Origin: Octopus vulgaris | Lineage: Eukaryota | Length of the DNA stretch: 64,000 nt | Direction: 5' to 3' | NCBI GenBank assembly: GCA_951406725.2 | Contig: OX597823.1 | Location: forward strand, 101,246,001 to 101,310,000 | Part shown: piece by piece, positions 1 to 14,519 of the stretch | How positions within the stretch are numbered: the first letter of the stretch is position 1 | Layout: each line of letters starts with the position of its first letter | Translations under genes and position numbers: made by a program | The notes under the pieces: model-generated | Databases searched by the model: none | The model's input: only the letters and a program-made list of their open reading frames with translations | What the model was told of the DNA's origin: nothing

Positions 1-1822
<1,822 letters not shown>

Positions 1823-2105
1823 TATTCATCTTTGCTTTTGTCTCTCCTCTGTCACATTCACTTTTCTTTCTCCCATTCTTATATATGAGTGTTTCATTAT
1901 AGTTTGGCTCTCTTATCTCGCTCCCACACACACACTTTCTCTCACTTTCTCGCTTTTTACCCATAACTTTTTTCTCTCTCCCCCATGCTCTTTGTCTTGT
2001 TCTCTCTTTCTCTATTTCACTCAGCCCTTCATTCAAAGCTTTATTATATATGTTAGGGGTCAAAGCTTTTCCAAGGAAAAATAATATATATCATATATAA
2101 TAAAG

Positions 2106-2164
<59 letters not shown>

Positions 2165-2789
2165 CGAAACAGTCATCTGCTTATGTGTATGTGCGTGTGC
2201 GTGCGTGTGTGTCTTAGTGCATGCGTGTGTGTGTGGTATGTGTGTTTGTGTGCGTGCATGTGTGTGCATACATGTGTGTATTTGTATTATACATTAAAGC
2301 TATAGATGCGACCTCCGATTACAAACGAAATTGCACGAAATGATATATCATTATACGAGTGAACCAGATATTTAGCTACGTAAATTGCAGTGGTCAAACA
2401 AGAAAAAAGAAACAGAAAGAAAAGAAAAAGTAAAGAAAAAGAATAAGAATACTTGTTGAAACGTCCTAGGGTCAAATCACATGCTTATTAGCAAGCTACT
2501 AGACTATTAAGTGGTATAATTATGCAGAATTGATGGATGACATAACTTGGTCAAGTAATGTGAAGGGTTTTAACTCACCTTAGCCATTTATAACTGAAGT
2601 CCAAGTGCGTTTGATCATGCATGTATGTATGCATGTATACATGTCTGCATGTCTGCATGTATTATATATGTATGTCTGCATGAATATATATATATATTAC
2701 CTGTATCGTATTGATATGCATTATATATGTATGTATATATGTATAAAAAAAATATATATATATATATTACGGAGATGTACTTGCATAGC

Positions 2790-2975
2790 ATGTGACCCGA
2801 TCTGAGATCGTGTGCTGGAAAGAAAACAATTGCAGCGTGGAAGGTGTTTATAAGCCATTTAAGAAACACACAAAAACCGTTAGATTCACTTCAACATTTA
2901 AATTTCCTTTGCCAAAATATTTTCGTCACTTTGAGACCGCGACCGGCTCACTGACAAAATTCCGTTCTGCATCAC
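2790..2975 (-). mobile_element. Probable PLE terminal-repeat/tail fragment carrying a hammerhead-like motif
   Basis: Embedded in TA-rich repeats. 2790-2879 recurs as an inverted copy at 3838-3927. HHR-like fold at 2908-2958. Confidence 0.55.
2908..2958 (-). ncRNA. Hammerhead-ribozyme-like motif, minimal type I, variant G3-C8 core
   Basis: Minus strand reads TTTGTCA GTGAGCC G GTCGC-GGTCTCAAA-GTGAC GAA A-ATAT-T T TGGCAAA. This gives a 7-bp stem I, a 5-bp stem II, GAAA and a palindromic stem III. Confidence 0.5.
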
Positions 2976-3555
2976 GTATATATATATACATATATATGTA
3001 TGCTTATATATGCATGTACATACACACGTATATATGTATGCATGTATATATGTGTGTATGGTGCAGGGTATAAGCAAGAGAATAACAGAGTGCTCTAAAT
3101 TGAATATGTTTATATATTCGTTTATGTGAATATCCGTGTGCAGGAATATATATTCATTCGCATACGCAAACATGTGCCATACACATACACACACACACAT
3201 TCGTACACACATGCGTGTATGATTGCGCATATGAATGCGTGAGTGCGCGCGTGCGTGTGTACATGTGAATGGGTGTATTTCTGCTGCACTTAGGTAGAGC
3301 AAAGTATCATAACCCGAACAGGAAGCCCGCGAATCTATTTGTTGCATTTTATCCTAATTTTGTCCAATTGACCTTGTTGATGTCATTACGGCTTAAATGT
3401 CAAACATATGTTATAAACGAGGACATGCACACTAACGCGCAAGTATAGTCGCACAGGCATACACGGGCAGTCATAAATATATATGCAAGAAACAGCCATC
3501 TCTTTCTCGCTCTCCCTATCTGTGTCTGTGAATATGGAGGGGAACGAAGAGAGGC

Positions 3556-4271
<716 letters not shown>

Positions 4272-4360
4272 TAATCCAAACAAGAAAACAAAAAGACAAC
4301 AAGGCAAGGATGTGGAACAAATAAAGTATTATTGGACGCTCAGGAAAGAAGGGAAGGAGG

Positions 4361-4395
4361 GTTTGACGTTTCGAGCGGAGCTCTTCGTCGGAAAC
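4361..4395 (-). ncRNA. Minimal type I hammerhead ribozyme motif (PLE type)
   Basis: Minus strand reads GTTT CCGACGA A GAGC-TCC-GCTC GAA ACGT C AAAC. Stem I is GTTT/AAAC, stem III is the palindrome ACGT, and the cleavage triplet is GUC. Confidence 0.75.
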
Positions 4396-4689
4396 ATAGG
4401 AGAAAGAAAGATCCCGAGACGAGAGGACAGAGGAAAAAAATTGCAGGTAGTATTCACGAGGTCACATATTAAAAAGACTGAAATGGTAAAAATGGAGGAA
4501 ATTGTTTTTAAAAAGAGAGCTGAATCAAAGAAGGAATGGTAAAAAAAGTGTGCGAGATGACAAGGGTGTGTGTGTGAGTATGGGTGTGTATGGTGGACAA
4601 TGGCTAGTAGCAGGCAGTAGTAGAATTAAGGAGTAGAATTAAGGAGTGGTGTAGGGGTAACCTAGCAAGTCAGAAAGGCAGCTCAGAAA

Positions 4690-7320
4690 CAGGGAGGTAT
4701 GTGTGTGTGCGTGTATATGTATCGTGTGTGTGTTTTGTTGTAGTATGTGTGTGTGTACGTGTGTTTTTTGTGTGTATGGCGAGTAACTGTGCTTAACTTA
4801 GTGTATGTGTGCGTGTGTGCTTGTACGTGCGTGTGTGTGTGTATATATACGCATTTATGATTGTGTGCATGTATGTATGGTTGTGTGCCGTATGGGATGT
4901 ATGTGTGGGTTCATTTGTGTGTGTGTGCGTGTGCGTGTGTATTTATGTGCGTGTAGTTGTGTGTACGTGTATGTGTGCGTTTGTATGTGTGTGTGTGTGT
5001 GTAAGCGTAAATGGATCTTTATGCGTGTATCCGTGGAGTTGTGAGTTTCTTTTTGCGCGTGTGCGTGCGTGTGTGCGCGCATATTTTGGTGTGCGTATGT
5101 ATGTGTGTGTCTGTGCTTATATGTGTGTACCTATGTGTATGTGTGCGTGCGCGTGGAGGTATATGTTGTGTGTATGTATATGTGTCGGTGTGTATGTGAA
5201 TTAGTGTGTGTTTGTACGTCTATATGTGTGTGTGCGTGTATTGTATATATATGTAAATGTGTGTGTGTACGTGCGTGGGAGTGAATGTATGTATGTGCGT
5301 GTGTGTACAAATGTAGGGGTTTATATGTGTGTTTATATGTTTATATGTGTGTATATATGCATGCAAGGACACACTTCGCAACTGAAAGATTGATGGAAAA
5401 GACTATCGCGGTACGGGCGCATGCGAATCTACAGGCACACACGCACACGCCCAGACGTACGCCCGAAATAAAGCCAGACCCCACAGGCATGCGTGCATGC
5501 ATGTTTGTATGTGTGCGTGCGCGCGCGCATGCATGTGTGTGCGTGTGCATGCTAGTGTGTATGTAGGTATTTGTGTATGTATGTATGTATGTGTGAGTGT
5601 GTATGTGTGTATGTCTGTGTGTATGTATGTCCGTATGAGTGTATGTAAGTATCTGTGTGTGTATGTGTGTATGTGTGTGTGCGTGTATGTATGTGTGTAT
5701 GTATGTATGTATGTATGTGTGTGTATGTGTGTATGTATGTATGTGTGTATGTGTGTAAGTGTGTGTATGTATGTATGTATGTATGTATGTATGTATGTAT
5801 GTATGTATGTATGTGTGCGTGTGTGTATGTATGTATGTGTGCATGCGTGTATATGTGTATGTATGTATGTGTGCATGCGTGTATGTGTGTATGTGTGTGT
5901 GTATGTATGTATGCATGCATGTGCGTATGTATGTGTGTGTATGCATGTGTGTATGTATATGTGTATGTGCGTATATGTGTGTGTGTATGTATGTCTGTGT
6001 GTGTATGTATGTGTGTATGCGTGTGTGTATATATGTATGTGTGTATGTATGTATGTGTGTGTGTATGTGTATGTTTGTGTGTATGTGTATGTATGTAAGT
6101 ATGTATAAATAAAAGTATGAATGTATGTATGTATGTGTGTGTACGTATGTGTGTGTGTGAATGTATGCGTGTGTGCGTGGGGTGCCTCTGGAGTTGTGTG
6201 GGCGTAATGTATGTATGTATGTATGCGTGTGTGTGTGTGTGTATGTATGCGTGTGCGTGTGTATGTATGTGTATGTATGTATGTGTCTTGTGTGTATGTA
6301 TGTATGTGTGTATTTGTATGTGTGTGTGTATGTGCGTAGGTTTATATCTGTGTGTGTATGTATGCATGTGTGTATGGGTGTAAGTGTGTGTGCGTGTATG
6401 TATGTAGGTATGTATGTGTGCGCGCGTGCATGCATGCATGTATGTGTGTGTGTATGTATACACACACAACACACACACGCTCACACACACACACACGCTC
6501 ACACACACACACAACACACACACGCTCACACACACACACACCACACACACACGCTCACACACACACACAACACACACACACACACAACGCACGCATATGG
6601 GGCCGGCCGCACACCAGGCGCGCGCGCGTCCGCGCGCCCGCGGAGCCGCTGACACCTACACCAAAAAACCGAACTCCATCAATCCCTCAAATAAAAAGCG
6701 TGCGCCTGGATACAAATATATGTATGTGTGTGTGCGTGCATGCCTGTATGTGTGCATGTGTGTGTGTGTGTGTATGTATGTATGTAAGTATGTCTGTACG
6801 TATGTGTGTGTATGTATATGTGTATGTGCGTATGTGTGTGTGTATCTATGTGTGTATGTATGTATGTATGTGTGTGTGTGTGTATATATATGTGTGTATG
6901 TATGTGTGTATGTATGTATGTGTGTGTGTATGTGTATGTTTGTTTGTTTGTTTGTGTGTGTATGTATGTATGTATGTATGTGTGATTAAATGTGTGAATG
7001 TATGTATGTATGCGTGTGTGCGTGGGGTTTCCTCTGGGGTTGTGTGGGCGTAATGTACATGTGCGTGACGTGCGTGTATGTGTGTGTCTCTACTGGGTGT
7101 TTATAAAGGTGTGCGTATCTGTATGGGTATTGTTTTGTTGGTGTGTGTGCACGGGCATGTGTGTGCGCGTGGGTGTGTGTGTGTGGTGGGGTGTATAGGT
7201 GTGGAAGTATGTGTCCGTACAAGTAGGTTGTATGTGTGTGGTGTATTGGAGGTAGGTGTGTTGGAAGTAGGTATGTGGGGGGTGTTCGTGGATACGTGGG
7301 TATGCGTGTGTGTGTTTCTG
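4690..7320. repeat. Compound degenerate (TG)n/(TATG)n microsatellite block with an internal strand switch at ~6460-6720
   Basis: Read directly. It generates many low-complexity ORFs. Confidence 0.95.
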
Positions 7321-7376
7321 TATAAGGATTAAAAATAAAAAGGGAGAGGGGGAGAAAGAGAGGTGGAGCACAGTCA

Positions 7377-7921
7377 CTAAGAGGAGGGGGCTGTGTTGAG
7401 TCCGTGTGGGGTATTGGTTTGTAGAGTGAAGATGAAGCGTTGCTCCAAGTGGAGCTTGGATTGCGGGAGACCGTTGTGTGGGGCGAGACCAAACACTGAG
7501 ATGTCATCGGGGGAATGGCTGGCCGAGCGGAAGTGACGTGCGACGGGAGAAAAGGACCGTAGGCGAACATCCCTCAGATGTTCGGCGAATCGGTCTAACA
7601 AACGGCGTCCCGTCTGTCCTATATACAGCATTCCGCAGGGGTTGTATTTAATACAGTATATGAGGCCAGACGAAGTGCACGTAAAAGAATGTCTGATACG
7701 TACAGTTCGCTGGTTGGAGCCGGTGACAGCAGTGGTGTTGGTGATGAAGGGGCAGGTGTTGCAGCGGGATCTAGAGCACGGGAATGATCCGTGTGGTGCT
7801 GAGGGGGAAGAAGAGAGGGTGCTATGGACCAGGAGGTCGCGTAGATTCCGGGCTCGTTTGAAGGAGGACAGGGGTGGGTTGGGGAAAATGGGGCAGGTCG
7901 TGGGATCGAGCTGGAGGCGAC
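7377..7921 (-). pseudogene. PLE C-terminal fragment: Cys-rich linker plus GIY-YIG endonuclease
   Basis: FKRARNLRDLLVHS, PCSRSRCNTCPFI, FTCTSSGLIYCI and LYIGQTGRRLLDRFAEHLRDV..SPVARHF motifs. Confidence 0.88.
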
Positions 7922-8020
7922 ATATATATATATATATATATATTGGTAAAAACGATAAGATAACAAAAGAAAGAAAGAGACCTCAATATTATGTAAATAG
8001 AGGAAATTTATCTATAAAAT

Positions 8021-8319
8021 AATATGTAAAATTACTCAATAGTCAAGATAAAACTCTGAGTTTTAGATGACGAAGTGGAAATCCACAACACCATCTCTTC
8101 GGTTATCTGGCCATCTGAAAAAAAAACGCTATGAAAAAATACCGTTATATAAAGGGAAATTACTGTGTTATAATTCTGCTACTTATATAAAATAAGATTA
8201 AAATTTCATAGTAAAACATGTAAACATAGCTAGTCATACGCTCACATGTGCGCTCGCGGACCCACGTGCGTACTTATACGTCACTATGAAAACGTACACA
8301 TCTTCACTCGCATTTTTCG
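8021..8319. repeat. PLE terminal repeat (3' copy), inverted partner of 10982-11285
   Basis: Near-identical reverse complement. Confidence 0.92.
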
Positions 8320-8880
8320 CCAAATATATACGCATATATATACAAACTCATACACACACACATGCGTACCGTAAAAGTTCATACATACGTCTATATACGC
8401 ACAAGCGCAAGAAAAACCAAGGTTAAAGGTAACAGAAAAAACATTAGGAAGTATACAAAGCATAAAAAAACACGTTCATATACGGACATGCCCTTATGCA
8501 CTCATACACACACACGCATGTACATACCCGCACATGTTTATATACGCATACATACACACGCATATACGAAAAATGAATATACATATGACCCCCACCACAA
8601 AAAAACCCTAAAAAAATGGAAAAATACTAAGTAAAAACGTCTATATATATGCATTCTTATGCCCGCACACACGCACACATCTAAAACTGCCCACCCATAC
8701 ATATTCACACACGTGTACAAACAAATCTATATACACGTCTATATAGGCACAGGAAAAAATGCAGGATAGAAAAGTACAGAAAAAATTAATATGTGTGAAA
8801 ATATATGAAATAATAAGAGGTATAATGAGATAAAAAACTTTTTGGGACATAATATAGAAAGCAAGTTCTATCTGTTTTCT

Positions 8881-10934
8881 TTAGGGGACCAAAAACGTAA
8901 CAAAAATGTTGTCACATGTGGGCATGATCCAAAAAGTTCTGTCTTTGAGTTTAGACATGTTAGTAGGGTCTAAGCTGCTTTTCCAGATAAGCCATCTCTC
9001 CATGTCGCATAGACCGCACTTTCCGCTGCCGTTGGTGTAGGGCTTACATTTGGCCAAAATCTTCCAATGGATGTTATAATCGACACCTTTATATTTTAAA
9101 GACCAAATATGATTAGATAATTTTGTCGCTTTTCTTTTGTTCCAGTGCCTAAAACTCAAGGTGTAGTTATTGAACCTGACCTTGAAATTACCCTCTGTAA
9201 GGCCCACGTATTTCTTCGTCGAAACAGTGTCTTTAGTGGTTATAGAGTTCACGGTAGCTTCATAGATGACGGCACAATTTTTTATTCCTGCATGAACAGC
9301 TGTTTTCTTATTGTAGTTTTTGTATGTTATGTGTGATTATATTTTTAAAATTGGTAGTAGAACTAAAACTAATTTTAAGTATGGTTAACTGGAAAATGTC
9401 TATCAGTGTTAAGAAATATTTACCTATATTGAAGGTCACCTCGAGTGAGTAAGGGGGTGTAAACCAGATGATCTTCCTATTTCTATTTTTCCTCTTCTTT
9501 ACTGTTGGGCTAGTAACAGGTGTATATTTTATATTTTCGCTAAAACCACTATCTTTTAAAGCCTTATTATAAACTGGGGCAACGCTATTAAAAATGTCCT
9601 TATCGGAGGAGAGGCTAGAAATTCTCTTACTAATATTTTTAACTAAATTTTTGAATACTATAGGGGGATGGCATGAACCTACATTAATATAACTAAGTCT
9701 ATCATTGGGCTTCCTATAAGGTTTATAAATATTCTTATTTAGATCTAAGGAAACGTCTAGGAAATTTACAACCGTCAGGTTAGTATCTATAGTAATACCA
9801 AGTCCGAAGTATTTCATTAATTGGATAATATGCTTCCTAAAACGATCCTGTGCTGGTCCATTTGCATTAGCGGTTAAAGCGAGGGCATCATCTTTGTAGA
9901 TGGCGAAATATACGTCAGGAAATTTCTTACCTAAAGTATCTAGGAGAAAAAATCTAATAAGATCGCAAATGCCTGCTCCATCATATGACCCCCATGCTCA
10001 CATCGAAAGCACCCTCTGTGACGGTATTCTTGACCCACTTTGCGTTCTCACTGAAAAGTAAGGTCTTTCTAGCATGGAAGATTATGTCCTTATCATTTGT
10101 ACTGATTTCTATGAAATCGCTAGCGAAGACGAGAGCTTTATCTAGCAGTTCTCTAGAGATAGAGGCATAAAAATCAACAATATCGAATTGTGTAAACCTC
10201 GCTTTTTTCTTATTCTTAATGGCTTTAAACCAGTCTACGTCTTCTATACTATTGGACCATTGTACTAGCCTAGTAGCGGTCTTAATTTTCGCATTTATTT
10301 TATCTAAAATTTCTTTACTAATAATCTCAAGTTCTGACTTAGCTGGGTTGATAAGCCTACATTTAGGGTTGGAAAAGAAGTTCTCTTTGTGGTCTTTAAT
10401 TGTAATAAAGGCCTCTTTGGGGAAGGACTTCTATTTTTTTTATCTAATTTAAGTTGAGCGGCGATAATGCTAGCTTCTTTATTAATTTCATTATATGTCT
10501 GTGGCCTAGCCTTAGTGTAATTATTAATGATGCTGTTGTGTAAAAGTTGTGTATATTTACTGTTATCTACCAGGTATAAGTTCTTGGTTTTATCCGAAAA
10601 AAGTGCTTTTTTCTTGGAGCTTTTTATATGTTTTATATCTTTTTTCAATTTATATTGGAAAATGTTAAAAGACTTACGAAATTTTATTTTATTCATAAGT
10701 TTCAGTAGGTCCGCTTCGAAATCTTCCAAGCCTTTAATCTTGGGGGGGATTTTTTAAAGAGTTTATACGATAGAAAGTATTTTCCATGGTGTCCACTTCT
10801 GTATTAAAAAAGAAAGCAATCCATCTCATGCACTTAATTAGATCAGTAATTTTCTCTAAAAGTTTCTTAGAATAAAGTTCTCTTGATGGGATTGGTATGT
10901 TTTTCATAGAATAATCTATGTAATATGCGTCCAT
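8881..10934 (-). pseudogene. Frameshifted PLE RT-GIY-YIG polyprotein
   Basis: N-terminal YSMKNIPIPS..MRW.AFFF; SDKTKNLY; QFDIVDFYASI; FDVSMG.YDGA; YKDDAL; VNFLDVSLDL..YKPYRKPN..YIN..SCHPP; IIWFTPPYS; YVGLTEGNFKVRF..TKLSNHIWSLK..CGLC. Confidence 0.9.
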
Positions 10935-10981
10935 ATTAAATTCTTCTGTGTGTAAGAGTCCTCAACCGATGTTAGGCGATA

Positions 10982-11285
10982 CGAAAAATGCGAGTGAAGA
11001 TGTGTACGTTTTCATAGTGACGTATAAGTACGCACGTGGGTCCGCGAGCGCACATGTGAGCGTATGACTAGCTATGTTTACGTGTTTTACTATGAAATTT
11101 TAATCTTATTTTATATAAGTAGCAGAATTATAACACAGTAATTTCCCTTTATATAACGGTATTTTTTCATAGCGTTTTTTTTTTTTTCAGATGGCCAGAT
11201 AACCGAAGAGATGGTGTTGTGGATTTCCACTTCGTCATCTGAAACTCAGAGTTTTATCTTGACTATTGAGTAATTGTACATATTA
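10982..11285. repeat. PLE terminal repeat (inverted 5' copy)
   Basis: Near-identical reverse complement of 8021-8319. Confidence 0.92.
11197..11259 (+). ncRNA. Hammerhead-like motif in the PLE terminal repeat
   Basis: AGATAA CCGAAGA GATGGTG..GTGGATTTCCAC..CGTCATC T GAA ACTC-A-GAGT T TTATCT. The partner copy at 8046-8108 (-) has GAAA changed to AAAA. Confidence 0.6.
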
Positions 11286-11301
11286 TATATATATATATAT
11301 A

Positions 11302-12333
11302 TTCTCTCTAGTTTCAGCTCAGAGCTGCGGCCATGCTGATGCTCCGCTGTTTTGCTACATTGTTATTACTAAGAGCCTCATCTAATATGTGGCACTTGCT
11401 GAAGAATGGAGTTTGATATAACTACCCTCATTTGCACCTCTTGCCGTGAGGTAGATTCATCTGGGACTCTCGACAGGAAGATGTCCAGCTTTGATTTAAA
11501 AAACCCTACATCTACTTTGTACAAGTTCCTCAGACTCTTTGGGAGAATATTAAAAAGCTGTGAGCCTTTGAAACTCAGGCTGTTGCAGTAACTGGTCTTG
11601 AAGCGTGATGGCATTGCCGGGACGTATGGCACCATGCAGTGTCGTCCCGTTCTGGCATTGGTGTAGCTTTCAATGCCAAAATGTGGCACAGTTCCTTCCA
11701 GGATCTTCCAGATATATATTACTGCATACCTCTCCCGTCTTCTCTCCAGGGAGTAGAGTCTTAGCTGTTTCAACCTTTCCCAGTAGCTAAGCTGTTGCAA
11801 AGAGACGATCTTCTTTGTGAATCTTCTCTGGATTGCTTCAAGGTCCGCTGTTAATTTCACACTGGTGGGTGACCATAGCTGTGAGCAGTAATCCAGGTGG
11901 CTGAGGACGAATGTCCGCCAGAAGACTATCATGGTTTCCTTATCTCTGGTTCTGAATGTTCGTAAGATCCATCCAGTCAGTCGTCTGCACCTTGTCGCCA
12001 TCCTGGCAATGTGCACTTGGAAAGAGGTATCATCACTCATGTCGATACCCATGTCCCTCACCGACGTAGGCTCTGGGATTGAAATTCCCTGTGGACCAGT
12101 GTACCCTGTAAGTTTCATATTCAGTTTTGGATGCTGTTAGCGCAGGGCTTGGAATTTTTCAGCATTAAACTGCATATTATTATCCTCAGCCCATCTGTAA
12201 ATTGAGTCCAACTCCTGCTGCAGGTGTGCAACATCGCCGGGGTTCTGTATTTTCTGCGAGACTTTCGTATCATCTGCATAGCTTGCCAGAGTGGCTATCC
12301 GGACATTTGAGGGCATATCTGAGAGGGCCACTA
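11302..12333 (-). mobile_element. 5'-truncated CR1/L2-group LINE (RT C-terminus and 3' end)
   Basis: ASYADDTKV, MQFNAEKFQ, GWILRTF, HLDYCSQLWSP and YWERLK.LRLYSLERRRERY motifs. The 3' tail reads CAGCATGGCCGCAGCTCTGAGCTGAAACTAG. Same family as 36540-38435. Confidence 0.88.
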
Positions 12334-12823
12334 GGTATGGATCCATTATATGTTGTGCAAATGAATATATAAAATTATATAACATCACCTCGCTTCACCT
12401 GCTGGTGATAATTTGAACAGTACATTATGAGAGCTCTACCGGTTTTTGATTGTACTGCCGCAGTTTTTAAACACAGTAAGAATCTAGGGAGACCAGCAGA
12501 AAATTCGAGATAAGTATAGGGGCGGTCGGCTATTTTATAATATTAGTGAGATGAATAAATATGCTGTGATTGAGAGAATAAATTCACATTTCAGAAAGTA
12601 TATGAAATGAAACAGAAAATGTTCAAATTTCGGGCGTGTTTATAAATCAATAGTGTTCCCATACTTTTCACTCTATCACCAATCGATGAAGTAGAGGTGT
12701 GAACATATAATTTTATATACACATTTCCGCTAGAAACATTAATCGATGTAAACGAAATGATATGCAAAAAATGCATAGATTTTATTGTATGTAGCTAGAT
12801 TTATATTTCGTATATCTCTGTTT

Positions 12824-13057
12824 AAGGCGGCGAGCTGGCAGAAACGTTAGCACGCCGGGCGAAATGCATAGCCGTATTTCGTCTGCCGTTACGTTCTGGG
12901 TTCAAATTCCGCTGATGTCGACTTTGCCTTTCATCCTTTCGGGGTCGATAAATTAAGAACCAGTTACGCACTGGGGTCGATGTAATCGACTTAATCCGTT
13001 TGTCTGTCCTTATTTGTCCCCTCTGTGTTTAGCCCCTTGTGGGTAGTAAATTAAATA
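12824..13057 (+). mobile_element. tRNA-derived SINE (family A), full length, 22-bp TSD
   Basis: Pol III A-box-like TGGCAGAAACGTTAG and B-box GTTCAAATTCC. TSD TATATTTCGTATATCTCTGTTT at 12802-12823 and 13058-13079. Confidence 0.92.
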
Positions 13058-14455
13058 TATATTTCGTATATCTCTGTTTGTTAATACATACACATATTTA
13101 ATTGACATTGCTCTGAAATATATTTTTATTTCATTGAATTCTTTGTCAAACTCTTGCACGAAGAAATCACGAGGGGCCTTGTCGTTTTGATTGTAAGATA
13201 GCTATTTTATTGTTTTACAGCTAAAACACCAGAACCGCTTCGATATTCCCTTTTTCACTCTTAGAAGAAAGACAAAGGCTCAAAACCTTAGATTCTTCAT
13301 TTCTCACGGTTGTTAAAATTACCGAATTCCTCTACGACTCTCCCATTTCACACGGTTGGGCTGGCTATTGAGTACTTAAAGTAACAAGTTCATAGCAGCT
13401 GAAGTTTGTTATTCGACAGACTGGTGTTTGTATGGGATTAAAAGCATGTTAAACTGCGAGGGGGTTAATTAGTTTTCGGCTCCAAAATTGTGGTTCTAGA
13501 TTACGGTAAGAGAACATCAACCAGAAAAGGAATCAAGGGAAGTTATTTCTATAAGGCGCTGGAAGTGTTCATCTGTTTTATTCTTTGTGCCCTTAACACC
13601 TGATGGGGTCGAGGTGCACCATCGGTATACAAGGTGTGGCTTGGTCTTTTTAAACCTGGCGGCACACGTCCTTCACACGCTGTAAACGCAGCCGATTTCC
13701 TTTTCGAGTGAAAGAGCGAGGCAGATAGATGGAGAATGTGTTTAAGAGATAGAGAGAGAGAGAGAGGAGAGAGAGAATGAGTGTGTGTTGTGAGAGAGAG
13801 AGAGTGAGTAAGAGAGAGAGTGAGAGAGAGTGAGTGTGTGTGTGTGTGTGTATGTGTGTGTGTGTATGCTTGCAAGCGAGAGGGAGACGAAGAATCTGTT
13901 TTAGTACAAAATGCGGAGTTGGATCTAGTTGGGATTTGAACTCAGTGGAAAGAGAACCAGAACGGACACTACGAGACAGTCTATTCTAACTCTAGCGATA
14001 TTGCCAACTTGCTGTTTATGAAGTGTTTGGGATCATATGTAGAACAACAGAGGAAAGTTAGGGTGGTGAGTGGCAGAGCCAGTGGGGCAGTAGAAAAAAT
14101 AAGTTCCAGTATTTTGTCGCGTCTTGGTAGATTCGGTGTTGGAAATCCATCAAGGACAGCTTTATCTTTCATTGTTCCGAGGCCGATAAAATATATAGCG
14201 GACATGTTCAATGCTGGATTATATTGACTATATTTCTCTCAAAGAATTATGTTGCGCCAAAGTTAATAAATCGTTATATACATATAGGAAGTTTCCTGAA
14301 AAGTGAAGTGGCGTTGCCGAGTCTCAGAAGATAAATCTAAGAGGACAAACTGCGTTGTCAAATAAATTCTTGGAAAGTGAAATGAAAGCGATCTGTTAGT
14401 CATTGGATTAAACACACACACACACACACACATATACATACACACAAACAAATAC

Positions 14456-14519
<64 letters not shown>

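Larger units (their letters stand above)
7942..11285 (-). mobile_element. Near full-length Penelope-like retroelement with an inverted 5' terminal repeat, inserted in (TA)n
   Basis: RT and GIY-YIG ORF pieces at 8881-10934. About 300-bp inverted repeats at 8021-8319 and 10982-11285. An ~80-bp tail extension (7942-8020) is present only at the 3' end. Confidence 0.9.

Noticed and set aside
12824-12915. tRNA gene
   Set aside because: The A and B boxes belong to a SINE head; there is no complete cloverleaf, and the copy has a body, tail and TSD.
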